A stretch of DNA of 35,458 bases from Candidatus Gottesmanbacteria bacterium (GTDB taxonomy: Bacteria; Patescibacteriota; Microgenomatia; 2-02-FULL-39-11): contig JACREK010000001.1 in NCBI GenBank assembly GCA_016218275.1, positions 1-35,458 of the forward strand, given 5' to 3'. This document shows positions 10,382-18,997 of the stretch, piece after piece (position 1 is the first letter of the stretch; every line of letters starts with the position of its first letter). The position numbers and the translations under genes are program-made. The notes beneath the pieces are model-generated. The model worked only from the letters and a program-made list of their open reading frames with translations, had not been told where the DNA came from and did not search any database.

Positions 10382-12871
10382 ATGAATATCGGTAAACTTC
10401 AACCAACAGAAATAACAGTAGAGATGAAGCGCAGTTATTTGGATTACGCCATGAGCGTAATTGTTTCCCGTGCTCTCCCTGATGTCAGAGACGGTCTTAA
10501 ACCGGTGCATCGAAGAATACTTTTTGCCATGCACCAGCTGGGACTGCATTTTACAGGCAGGTATACCAAAAGTGCCAAAGTGGTAGGAGAAGTTTTGGGT
10601 AAATATCATCCTCACGGAGATATGCCTGTATATGATGCGTTGGTGAGGCTGGCACAGGACTTTTCCATGCGCTATCCCTTAATTGCCGGACAGGGTAATT
10701 TTGGCTCTGTAGATGGAGATCCGCCGGCTGCGATGCGTTATACAGAAGTAAAACTGGCAAAAATTGCAGAGGAAATGATGTTGGATCTGGAGAAAGAAAC
10801 TGTTAATTTTTCCGACAATTTTGACGGCACTTTAAAGGAACCGGATTGGCTGCCGGCAAAACTGCCAAATCTGCTTTTGATGGGATCAGACGGAATTGCC
10901 GTGGGTATGGCGACTAAAATCCCGCCACATAACTTGAGTGAGGTAGTCAATGCTATCATATTCATGCTGGATAAAGCAAAAATCCAACCAGCCTCCACCA
11001 TCCAACATCCAACTTCAATTACATTTGACGTTACTCTAGAAGATCTTCTTGGCTTTATCACCGGTCCCGACTTTCCTACGGCTGGTGCCATCTATGATAT
11101 AGAAGAAATCAAAAATGCCTACGCCACCGGACGGGGAAAGATAATTATGCGGGGAAAAGCGGAAATTGAAGATATCGGAAACGGCAAATCGGCAATCATA
11201 GTCACAGAACTCCCTTATCAAGTCAATAAAGCCCAGCTTGTTTCTCGTATCGCTCAACTGGTTAAGGATAAAAAAATTGACGGCATATCCGATCTTCGGG
11301 ATGAATCCGACAGGCACGGTATCCGTATGGTGGTTGAACTTAAAAGAGACAGCGTTCCCAAAAAAGTCTTAAACAACCTCTTCAAACACACGGAACTTCA
11401 GTCAAGCTTTCCGGTCAATATGGTAGCCCTGGTTGACGGCACTCCGCAGACTTTGACTCTGAAAATGATTATTGAAGAATATATAAAACACCGCCACGCA
11501 GTTATAAAAAGACGCAGTGAATTTGAATTGAAAGAAGCAAAGGCCCGGGAACATATTTTGGAGGGTCTAAAAATTGCCGTTGACCATATAGACGCCGTTA
11601 TTGAGACAATCAAGAGGGCAAAAGATGTCGACGATGCCAGAAATAAGCTGATGTCTAAATTTTCCCTGACTGAAATTCAGGCTCAGGCTATTTTGGATAT
11701 GCAGCTGAAAAGACTGGCGGCTTTGGAGCGGCAAAAGATAGAGGACGAACTCTCTATGATAAGAGAAACCATTGCCTATCTGACTGAACTTCTTGCCAAT
11801 CCCAAAAAGATTTTGAAGGTAGTCAAAGATGAGCTTCTCAAACTTAAAGAAAAATATGGAGACTCCCGAAGAACCAAAGTTTATAAATCAAAAGTAGGGG
11901 AATTTAGCGACGAACAACTGATACCGAATGAAGAAACGGTCATAGTCATCACCAAAAGCGGTTATGTAAAGCGGCAATCTCCTTCTTCATTTAAGCTTCA
12001 GGGAAGGGGCGGAAAAGGAGTTATCGGCATCACCACAAAAGAAGCAGATACCATCGAACATTTCCTCTCTGCTTATACTCACGATAATATTCTTTTCTTC
12101 ACCAATAAAGGAAAAGTCTACCAGCTGCGAGTTTGGGATCTGCCGGAGGGTACCCGAATCAGTAAAGGTCAGGCTATAGTAAATTTAATCAATATTGACC
12201 AAAATGAACTGGTGACAAGCGTCCTGTCATATGCGCTTAAGGGCGAGGAAAGTAAAATTTATTCTTATATAGTAAAGGCCACCAAAAAAGGCACCGTTAA
12301 GAAATCAAGACTCTCGGAATACGAAAATATAAGAAGGAATGGTCTTATTGCCATAAAATTAGAATCGCAAGATGAGCTTTGCTGGGCAAAACTTTCAACC
12401 GGAGACAACGACATATTGATAGTTTCTCACGAAGGCAAGTCCATCAAGTTCTCAGAGAGTGAAGTGAGAGCCACAGGCCGCGACACAATGGGTGTCCGGG
12501 GAATTTTAATAGGCAAAGATGATTATGTAGTCACTATGGAGGTGATTAAAAAGGAAAACAAAAGTTCAGATTTTCTTGCCATTATGGAAAAAGGGGTCGG
12601 TAAAAAAACTGCCGTTTCCGGCTTCCCCAAACAGCATCGCGGCGGCCAGGGAGTGAAAGTAGCCCAAATTACTTCTAAAACCGGCAAAGTTGCCCATGCA
12701 CAGATGATACCCGCCGACTGTCAGGATCTTGTTTTAACCTCATATAAAGGTCAAGTGGTAAAACTGCCAATCTCTTCTGTTCCTCGGCTTTCACGTGCAA
12801 CGTCAGGTGTGATTCTGATGAGATTTTCCGATAAATCCGATGGACTGGCAGCAGCAACGTGCCTAAGTTGA
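10382..12871 (+). CDS. gyrA: DNA gyrase subunit A
   Basis: 829 aa. Motifs: [19 protein letters not shown], catalytic-Tyr region [18 protein letters not shown], and a C-terminal beta-pinwheel with QGRGGKG. Confidence 0.95.
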   Translation: MNIGKLQPTEITVEMKRSYLDYAMSVIVSRALPDVRDGLKPVHRRILFAMHQLGLHFTGRYTKSAKVVGEVLGKYHPHGDMPVYDALVRLAQDFSMRYPLIAGQGNFGSVDGDPPAAMRYTEVKLAKIAEEMMLDLEKETVNFSDNFDGTLKEPDWLPAKLPNLLLMGSDGIAVGMATKIPPHNLSEVVNAIIFMLDKAKIQPASTIQHPTSITFDVTLEDLLGFITGPDFPTAGAIYDIEEIKNAYATGRGKIIMRGKAEIEDIGNGKSAIIVTELPYQVNKAQLVSRIAQLVKDKKIDGISDLRDESDRHGIRMVVELKRDSVPKKVLNNLFKHTELQSSFPVNMVALVDGTPQTLTLKMIIEEYIKHRHAVIKRRSEFELKEAKAREHILEGLKIAVDHIDAVIETIKRAKDVDDARNKLMSKFSLTEIQAQAILDMQLKRLAALERQKIEDELSMIRETIAYLTELLANPKKILKVVKDELLKLKEKYGDSRRTKVYKSKVGEFSDEQLIPNEETVIVITKSGYVKRQSPSSFKLQGRGGKGVIGITTKEADTIEHFLSAYTHDNILFFTNKGKVYQLRVWDLPEGTRISKGQAIVNLINIDQNELVTSVLSYALKGEESKIYSYIVKATKKGTVKKSRLSEYENIRRNGLIAIKLESQDELCWAKLSTGDNDILIVSHEGKSIKFSESEVRATGRDTMGVRGILIGKDDYVVTMEVIKKENKSSDFLAIMEKGVGKKTAVSGFPKQHRGGQGVKVAQITSKTGKVAHAQMIPADCQDLVLTSYKGQVVKLPISSVPRLSRATSGVILMRFSDKSDGLAAATCLS

Positions 12872-12881
12872 CAACGCATTT

Positions 12882-12906
12882 GTCATCCCGAGCGAAGCGA
12901 GGGATC
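12882..12906. repeat. GTCATCCCGAGCGAAGCGAGGGATC half-element
   Basis: Single arm of the GTCATYCCGAG family, in the gyrA-folD gap. Confidence 0.7.
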
Positions 12907-12917
12907 CCATCCGAATT

Positions 12918-13952
12918 ATGAAAATAGATGGTAGACTTATAGCCGAAGAAATCAAAGAAAGACTTAAAAAGGAAGTCGCTTCTTTATCCTCTCAAAACAT
13001 CACTCCCCACCTTGCCGTAATCCTCGTTGGTAATAATCCAAGCTCACTTGTCTATATAAGACAAAAGAAAAAAGTAGGAGAAGAAATAGGAGTTAAAGTA
13101 GTCGTTTATAATTTATCAAAAAGCGATAAAGACACCTCGGATGGTGTGCAAAGCACTCCTCCGAGGTGGAGGAATCTAAAAGATAAACTAATCAACCTCG
13201 TAAATAAATTAAATAGTGATCCATCAGTCCATGGAATCATCATTCAGCGTCCCCTTCCAATAGATATTGGAAAAGATGAATTGGATCGTTTGGTAATACC
13301 AAAAAAAGATGTTGACGGCTTTCATCCCGAATCTCCCTTTACTCCTCCTGTTGCTCTAGCTGTAATAAAAATACTGGAATGGGTCTCTCTGAATTCACCT
13401 GGAAGGAGTCCATACGGCCACCTTCCAGGTGTTGCGAAGCGATTCCTGGAAGGTGAATCTTGGGAAAAATGGTTAAAGAATAAACGAATCTTAGTCATCG
13501 GCAGGGGAGAGACGGCGGGAAGACCTATAGCAGAAACTCTAAAGAAAATTACCGACAAAATCACCATAGCCCATAGCAAAACAGCCAATTTGAAAGAGGT
13601 TTGTTTAGCATCGGATATAATTATTAGCTGCGTTGGCAAGAGGCCCATTTTGCGACGTTCGAAAGGACGTCCGCAAAATGGGCCCTTTATTGTACGACAT
13701 GATATGGTTTCGCCTGATACATTATTAATAGGTGTCGGTCTACACCAGGAAAACGGCAAATTAGCTACAGATTATGATCAGAAAGAAATTGCAGGAAAAG
13801 TAGCTTTCTACACACCAGTTCCAGGCGGGGTCGGACCGGTAAATGTAGCGTGTCTTATGGAAAATTTGATTTTTGCCACTAAGAGCCTGTTTGGAAACTG
13901 TCATTCCGAGCCCGCCCAGCTGGCGGGTCGAGGAATCTCTCAGCTTGTCTGA
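12918..13952 (+). CDS. folD: Bifunctional methylenetetrahydrofolate dehydrogenase/cyclohydrolase FolD, carrying three in-frame palindromic inserts
   Basis: Motifs: LAVILVGNNPSS, DVDGFHP, VIGRGETAGRP, YTPVPGGVGPV. At 344 aa it is longer than the roughly 285 aa usual for FolD. The extra residues coincide with DNA hairpins (see findings). Confidence 0.85.
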   Translation: MKIDGRLIAEEIKERLKKEVASLSSQNITPHLAVILVGNNPSSLVYIRQKKKVGEEIGVKVVVYNLSKSDKDTSDGVQSTPPRWRNLKDKLINLVNKLNSDPSVHGIIIQRPLPIDIGKDELDRLVIPKKDVDGFHPESPFTPPVALAVIKILEWVSLNSPGRSPYGHLPGVAKRFLEGESWEKWLKNKRILVIGRGETAGRPIAETLKKITDKITIAHSKTANLKEVCLASDIIISCVGKRPILRRSKGRPQNGPFIVRHDMVSPDTLLIGVGLHQENGKLATDYDQKEIAGKVAFYTPVPGGVGPVNVACLMENLIFATKSLFGNCHSEPAQLAGRGISQLV

Positions 13953-14012
13953 GAAAATGCTCGCATTTGCGAGAGATCCCTCCACGCGCCTTTCAGGCTT
14001 GGTCGGGATGAC
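13900..14012. repeat. GTCATTCCGAG...TCGGGATGAC long palindrome overlapping the folD 3' end
   Basis: It starts inside folD, encoding CHSEPAQLAGRGISQLV and the stop. It contains the CCCGCCCAGCTGGCGGG core and a GAGAGATCCCTCC arm. Confidence 0.8.
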
Positions 14013-14062
14013 AATGATGAGTATTCAAACAGGCTCTAAGTCAATTAAGTACCTTAGGTAAC

Positions 14063-14989
14063 TTACTTCCTATGAAATCTTTGGTGGATCTCCCGAAGCT
14101 GAGGATTGGTGACATGAGTGTAGATTTGGGTAGTGGCAATGTTTTTGTGACCAAGCATCTCCTGAATGGAACGCAGATCAGCGCCTCCTGACAATAAATC
14201 TGTCGCGAACGAATGGCGGATGCCATGTGGGGTGATTTTAATCGGAAGCCTTCCCTTCCTGGCGTATTTTTCCACAATCCGCTGGATGCTTCTTGCGGTC
14301 AGACGAAAACCTTCTCCGGCTTTTCCTTCTTCTGCCTTCTTTCCGGCATACCTGATAAACAATGGGGCAAAAGCATCTTCCCTGGTTTTCAGGTATCTTT
14401 CCAACCAAAGACAAGCTGAGTCTGATAAAAAAACTACACGGGGCTTACCACCTTTGCCAATAACGCCAAATTCTTTTCTATCAATATTGATTGAATCTCT
14501 ATTAAGTCTGACCAACTCGCTGACCCTAAGACCGGTACTAAAGAGCATTTCCATAATGGCTTTATCACGAAGCCCTTGTGGAGTAGAAATCTCGGGCATA
14601 TTAAGAAGTCTTTCCACCTGTTCTCTGTCTAAAAATTTTAAAGATCTGCTCTCGGCTTTGCCCAATTCTACTTTCTCGGGATTAAGAGCGGCAATATTTT
14701 GGCGAATTAAAAATTTCAAAAAAGCGCGAAGAGCAATTAAATGATAATTCTGGGTGATATGCTTCAGAGTCAAACCGTGCTTGTCTGCAAATCTAGATAA
14801 ATATAATCTAAAAGATCGGATAAATTCCGGAGTAATTGAGGCAATATCTGACAGAGGAGGGGATTGGGAGGCGCCAAACTGTAAAAAACGGTTTAAATAA
14901 TGACGGTAATTCCGGATAGTGAGCTTAGAACAGTTTCTTTCAAGCTCCAGATATACTAAGAATTGGTTGACGGCATCCTCAATGGACAT
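14063..14989 (-). CDS. Xer-type tyrosine recombinase/integrase
   Basis: 308 aa. It has an N-terminal SAM-like core-binding domain (LELERNCSKLTIRNYRHYL). The catalytic domain carries GLRVSEL, HGIRHSFATDLL, LGH, and Tyr in TQIYTHV. Confidence 0.85.
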   Translation of the reverse strand: MSIEDAVNQFLVYLELERNCSKLTIRNYRHYLNRFLQFGASQSPPLSDIASITPEFIRSFRLYLSRFADKHGLTLKHITQNYHLIALRAFLKFLIRQNIAALNPEKVELGKAESRSLKFLDREQVERLLNMPEISTPQGLRDKAIMEMLFSTGLRVSELVRLNRDSINIDRKEFGVIGKGGKPRVVFLSDSACLWLERYLKTREDAFAPLFIRYAGKKAEEGKAGEGFRLTARSIQRIVEKYARKGRLPIKITPHGIRHSFATDLLSGGADLRSIQEMLGHKNIATTQIYTHVTNPQLREIHQRFHRK

Positions 14990-15118
14990 ATAAATTAAAT
15001 TTATTTTGCGATGATACTATCGTCGCAACAATAAATTTGAAATTGTATGACGTTTTTTAACGTCTATACAATTTCTATTTTGCGACATTTGAAGTAGTTT
15101 TGTCAAGATGTTTTATAA

Positions 15119-15307
15119 CTGACCCACCTGCAGTTTGAATATAGATTGTTCTAGTCATCCCGAGCGTAGTCGAGGGATCTCTCATATTTCAAGAATTATG
15201 GATATCTTAAGCTCGTCGCAGTAGAGTTTGAGAGATCCCTCCACTCCCTTCGGTCGGTCGGGATGACGGATGAATTGAGGCTAAACCGCAAAGTGCAGGT
15301 GGGTCAG
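15119..15307. repeat. Nested palindromes: 14-bp perfect IR enclosing a GTCATCCCGAG element
   Basis: CTGACCCACCTGCA (15119-15132) pairs with TGCAGGTGGGTCAG (15294-15307). These enclose GTCATCCCGAG...TCGGGATGAC (15154-15267). Confidence 0.85.
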
Positions 15308-15677
15308 GTTTTATAATTTCTAGCGCAGCAATATGAAATTTTCGATGATCGCCCCTCGGAGCCTCGGGGTAAACATCGCTTGCTTGCCCTGAGCAAGGTA
15401 AAACCGAGCGAAGGGCGAGCAAGAAAATTTTATATGCGAGCTAGAAATGATTCATAAAAATGACCCTCTATAATGCCCTAGAAAGGCTTTTAAATATTTC
15501 AGACGAGGAATTCTTTGTCTTTGTTGTCATTCCGAATTTATTTCGGAATCTATAATAGATCCTGAAACAAGTTCAGGATGACACTGCTGTGTGAGTTTCG
15601 GAAATCTTTCATAACAGATATTTTTCCAGTCGGGAAGAAAATGTGTAAATTAAATGGAAAATTAAAATTTCTAAAGT

Positions 15678-15716
15678 CCATTTTGCGACTGTCAAAACTT
15701 TGACGTTGCAAAATGG
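15678..15716. repeat. CCATTTTGCGAC...GCAAAATGG hairpin element
   Basis: CCATTTTGCGACTGTCAAAACTTTGACGTTGCAAAATGG. It has the same termini as the in-frame folD insert at 13642-13684. The ATTTTGCGA motif also occurs at 15004 and 15078. Confidence 0.8.
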
Positions 15717-15723
15717 ACGCCTT

Positions 15724-15756
15724 GCTTTTACGACATACGTTATATGTCGTAAAAGC
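15724..15756. repeat. Perfect 14-bp stem hairpin
   Basis: Stem GCTTTTACGACATA, loop CGTTA, stem TATGTCGTAAAAGC. Confidence 0.8.
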
Positions 15757-15989
15757 ATTATTGTGCGAACTATTAGCAATTCCGTTCCCTATCTGTCAGA
15801 ATCCCAACTAATTTAGCTTTGAAGTCGGACTTTATTATCTCGGAAGAGAGAATACTTGGTTTTCCAGTCCTAGGAGTATAGAGATGTAACCTCTTCTTCA
15901 TTTATTATTATAATCACTTCCGTATAGTACGTAACTATAGATATATAAGATATATAAAAGGGTTTTCGGTTTTTTTCCATTGCACTCGA

Positions 15990-16178
15990 TTTAGCGCATT
16001 ATTATGCTCTAAACTGTTTATTCTGAGACTAAATAAATAAGTTACTTGCCTCGGGACGATCCCGACGTTACGTCGGGATCACTTTAGGGCTTTATTAGGC
16101 TCTAAATTAATAAGTCCGAAGCTGATTTTAGGCGAATATAAGAAAAGAGTTTAGTTTAGAGCGTTATTATGCTCCAAA
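15990..16178 (+). repeat. Three direct copies of a 24-bp palindromic box, TTTAGNGCNTTATTAKGCTCYAAA
   Basis: Copies at 15990-16013, 16083-16106 and 16155-16178, all in the same orientation. Each has 8-bp inverted arms around an 8-bp AT-rich centre. Confidence 0.8.
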
Positions 16179-16232
16179 TTATTAATTTTATGCGTAAATT
16201 TAGTGTTCAATTCCCCTCGGATCCGTGCTCCA

Positions 16233-16274
16233 ACGATCCAGGATCGTTTCTACGGGAGTTCGATCCTGGATCGT
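16233..16274. repeat. 14-bp perfect inverted repeat
   Basis: ACGATCCAGGATCG (16233-16246) and CGATCCTGGATCGT (16261-16274), separated by a 14-nt loop. Confidence 0.8.
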
Positions 16275-16484
16275 ATCTCATCCGTGAAAAGCTGGAATAA
16301 ATATCGTGAAAACTATCCACATTCGCTCCCTTCGTCGCTGATGCTCCTCAGGGTAAACCCTTCGGTCGCTCAGTGTAAACACATTTTATTACTATACTAT
16401 TACTATAGGATATTATAGGCCTGTGTTATATCAAACTATATCACCCTTCATCCCTTCACCACTTCCCTCTTCCCCGCCGAAACA

Positions 16485-16556
16485 ATCAATTAATTATCCA
16501 ATTATCAAATTATCCAATTCTCAAATAATCAAATATTTTTGATTGGATAATTTGTC
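16485..16556. repeat. ATTATCCAAT-family palindromic element, copy A (right arm truncated)
   Basis: AATTATCCAATTATCAAATTATCCAATTCTCAAATAATCAAATATTTTTGATTGGATAATTTG, ending at the stop codon of the 16561 gene. Confidence 0.85.
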
Positions 16557-16560
16557 TCCC

Positions 16561-17376
16561 CTATCCCCAAGAAGTGATAAGAAAAGATAAGACAAATGTA
16601 AAAATAAATGCCAGAATATATTCCCTGATGGTATTGGCAAATAATTTTTCTAAAAGATGCTGCTGAACAATACCTACCAATGTATAGAAGCCGGCGGTGA
16701 TAAAAAGTGATACCGTCGCCATCTGTATAGGCCAAAATGATAATACCGCCGCCATTTCTCCGATACTGATGCTTATGACAAAAGCGTATATAACAATTTC
16801 CCTGGAAATTGCGGGTGTCAGTTTGACCGACCAGACAGATTGTAAGCTTAAAATAAATACTAAAGGAGTCAGAAACAGCATATTCACTAAAAAAGACGAT
16901 CTAGTGGAAAAAATGATACTGACCAATAAAAAAACAACTATCAATGTAATCAGAAGGCCGACGCTCTGAGCAACTCTTAAAAGCTGTATCGAGCGCGCAG
17001 CAGCTACATTATATATATTTTCAGCAAGAAGTGTTGCATAAGTACCTACGGCAAAAACAGCTGTAGTCAATAACCTGGTTATCCATCGGCCAGGTAACAA
17101 AAAATAAAATAAAGAAACGGATGCGGTAAAAAATACGGGCAAAATAAAAAGCAAAAACCACTCTGTACCTTTGATATCTTCAGACAGCGACCAGGCAGTC
17201 AAAAGATAGGAAATTATCGATAAAATTACCACCATACCAAATCTATAATCTTCCCATATAAGTTGAGTAATAAGAAGTCCAAAAGTAAGGATTATTGTTT
17301 GAAGTGCAAACCGCTGTCGTTTGTCTAAACTTAAAAGAAAATGCCGATGAGGAATAAATTTAAAAAAACGTTCCAT
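16561..17376 (-). CDS. Polytopic membrane protein, function unknown
   Basis: 271 aa with about 7-8 hydrophobic segments. I recognise no family motif. Confidence 0.6.
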   Translation of the reverse strand: MERFFKFIPHRHFLLSLDKRQRFALQTIILTFGLLITQLIWEDYRFGMVVILSIISYLLTAWSLSEDIKGTEWFLLFILPVFFTASVSLFYFLLPGRWITRLLTTAVFAVGTYATLLAENIYNVAAARSIQLLRVAQSVGLLITLIVVFLLVSIIFSTRSSFLVNMLFLTPLVFILSLQSVWSVKLTPAISREIVIYAFVISISIGEMAAVLSFWPIQMATVSLFITAGFYTLVGIVQQHLLEKLFANTIREYILAFIFTFVLSFLITSWG

Positions 17377-17439
17377 AAAAATTAGAGAGATCCCTCAGCC
17401 TGATGGCTTCGGGATGAGGGTGGGAATAATGTTCCACCC

Positions 17440-18183
17440 TCACTTAATATATTCATCCGGAATATCAAAATTAGCGTATACTTTTTGTACATCGTCCATA
17501 TCTTCAATTGCTGAAAGAAGCTTCAATATTTGCGCTGCAGTTTCTTTTTTTTCTATAGGTATGGTTGTTATCGGATGATAATCCAACTCAGACGAGGAGA
17601 CCGACAGGCCGAAAGCAATTAGTGCTTCCTTAATTTTATGCAACGAAGAAGGCTCTGTGAATATTTCGACATATTCCCCTGCATCTGAAATATCTGTCGC
17701 TCCGGCATTTATGGCCGCCTCCATTATTTCATCAAAAGATTTTTTGTCTTTCGCCACAGTTATCAAACCTACATACTTGAAAAAATGAGAGACGGAGCCG
17801 CTGGCAGCCAATACTCCCCCGCCTCTCTCCAAAATATTTTTTAGTTCAGAAACAGTTCTCTGTTTGTTGTTTGTAGCCGCCTCAATTATCACTCCTACAC
17901 CCCCGGGAGCAAACGCTTCATAAACTGCTTCCTGAAGTGTCCCTCCCTCCTCTCCCCCTCTGGCCCGTTCAATTGCACGTTCTATGTTTTCTTTAGGCAT
18001 ATTGTAAGAACGTGCTTTATCAATTGCCAGTCTTAATTTGAAGTTAAAATTGGGATCCGGACTTCCCCCTTCACCAACAGCAATTGTTATAGCATTGGCA
18101 AATTTGGTAAAAACTTTGCCTTTTGCCGCGTCTGTTGTCTCTTTCTGATGTTTTACTTTTGACCACTTGGAGTGACCGGACAT
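17440..18183 (-). CDS. yebC: YebC/PmpR-family probable transcriptional regulator
   Basis: 247 aa. It opens with MSGHSKWSKVKHQK, the diagnostic N-terminus of the family. Confidence 0.9.
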   Translation of the reverse strand: MSGHSKWSKVKHQKETTDAAKGKVFTKFANAITIAVGEGGSPDPNFNFKLRLAIDKARSYNMPKENIERAIERARGGEEGGTLQEAVYEAFAPGGVGVIIEAATNNKQRTVSELKNILERGGGVLAASGSVSHFFKYVGLITVAKDKKSFDEIMEAAINAGATDISDAGEYVEIFTEPSSLHKIKEALIAFGLSVSSSELDYHPITTIPIEKKETAAQILKLLSAIEDMDDVQKVYANFDIPDEYIK

Positions 18184-18232
18184 AAATTATAATTGTTATA
18201 ATAATTATAATAGTTATATTTTACTTTGACTC

Positions 18233-18261
18233 TTGACTTTTCTCAATGGGACTCTTAAACT
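18233..18261 (+). promoter_or_regulatory. Sigma70-type promoter for the TPR gene
   Basis: TTGACT (18233-18238), a 17-nt spacer, then TAAACT (18256-18261). A second TTGACT lies at 18226-18231. Confidence 0.5.
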
Positions 18262-18280
18262 ACCGTTATCTTTTCCACCA

Positions 18281-18997
18281 ATGTCTGACCAAACTTCACT
18301 TGCTATCCAAGCCGCATTATCCAATAACTGGGATAAAGCAATCGAAATAAATGAATCAATCCTGAAAGAAAACCCAGAAGACATAAATTCCATGAATAGA
18401 CTGGCATTTGCTCTTATACAGATGCAAAAAATTGATGAAGCCAAAAAAATCTATAAAAAAATACTTATAAAAGACAAATATAATTCAATTGCCCAAAAGA
18501 ATTTGGATAAAATCAGCAGTTTATCAAAAAATAAAAAAAAGGCTTTCGCCAAAAATAAAATCTGTACCTTATCTCCCTCTCTTTTTATAGAAGAACCGGG
18601 AAAAACAAAAACCGTAACGCTGGCAAATATTGCACCTTCATCGGTTCTTATAAATATAAATATCGGTGATGAAGTTTCCTTAAATCCGAAAAAACACTCG
18701 CTTGAAGTGCGAAGTTGTAATAAAGTCTATCTGGGAGCATTGCCGGATGATATAGCTTTTCGACTGCTGCGTCTGATAAAGAGTGGCAACAGCTATCATG
18801 TAAATGTCAAGAATATTTCCAAAAACAGTATCTCCGTATTTATTCGTGAACTAAAAAGGGGTAAGCGTTTTGCCACTCAACCGTCATTTGTAACACTTCT
18901 TCCTGACAGAAGCCATATTTATTCGCTGCATCACGAAAAAAATTCCGAGGAAGAGGAGGAAGAGGATAAACCGCCTGAGGCAGATTTGGACGAATAA
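18281..18997 (+). CDS. TPR-like repeat protein with uncharacterised C-terminal beta-rich domain and acidic tail
   Basis: The N-terminus has TPR-like helices (AIEINESILKENPEDINSMNRLAFALIQMQKIDEAKKIYKKIL). The track start at 18233 is a TTG inside the promoter, so ATG 18281 is preferred. Confidence 0.6.
   Translation: MSDQTSLAIQAALSNNWDKAIEINESILKENPEDINSMNRLAFALIQMQKIDEAKKIYKKILIKDKYNSIAQKNLDKISSLSKNKKKAFAKNKICTLSPSLFIEEPGKTKTVTLANIAPSSVLININIGDEVSLNPKKHSLEVRSCNKVYLGALPDDIAFRLLRLIKSGNSYHVNVKNISKNSISVFIRELKRGKRFATQPSFVTLLPDRSHIYSLHHEKNSEEEEEEDKPPEADLDE

Noticed and set aside
12918-13952. folD as a pseudogene disrupted by insertions
   Set aside because: The reading frame is continuous and all catalytic or binding motifs I can recognise are retained. 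The inserts are in frame, so the gene is treated as intact.
14166-14744. Long antisense ORFs inside well-supported genes (also 13322-13759, 26425-26913, 2725-3102, 10738-11091 and others)
   Set aside because: These are shadow ORFs opposite strongly recognisable proteins (recombinase, FolD, PepA, PilB, GyrA), with low-complexity translations.
15207-15422. 71-aa ORF (also 16203-16418 and 23005-23226)
   Set aside because: These are read entirely through palindromic repeat elements. There is no SD, and the peptides are the typical artefacts of translating these repeats.
15773-15901. 42-aa minus-strand ORF (MKKRLHLYTPRTGKPSILSSEIIKSDF...)
   Set aside because: There is no SD and no recognisable motif. 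It could be a gene remnant, but the evidence is insufficient.
15990-16178. Possible miniature CRISPR array (three about 24-nt repeats)
   Set aside because: There are only three copies, diverged at 3-5 positions. Spacer lengths are unequal (69 and 48 nt) and the repeats are fully palindromic. There are no cas genes. The only Cas2-like fold is a PaaX-type protein 13 kb away. They are better described as operator or recombinase-site-like boxes.
16255-16266. GGAGTTCGATCC T-loop-like string, suggesting a tRNA or tmRNA in the ORF-free tract
   Set aside because: It forms the loop and arm of the 16233-16274 inverted repeat. There is no complementary T-stem, no acceptor pairing and no CCA context. 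I found no RNase P or tmRNA hallmark strings by eye.
16314-16321. DnaA-box-like TATCCACA, raising the idea that the ORF-free tract is oriC
   Set aside because: It is a single 8/9 match. There is no cluster of boxes, no adjacent dnaA or dnaN, and no obvious AT-rich DUE beyond the general AT richness.
17416-17441. GAGGGTGG...CCACCCTC hairpin as a rho-independent terminator of yebC
   Set aside because: The stem overlaps the stop codon and is not followed by a T-run on the transcribed strand. It is part of a repeat element.
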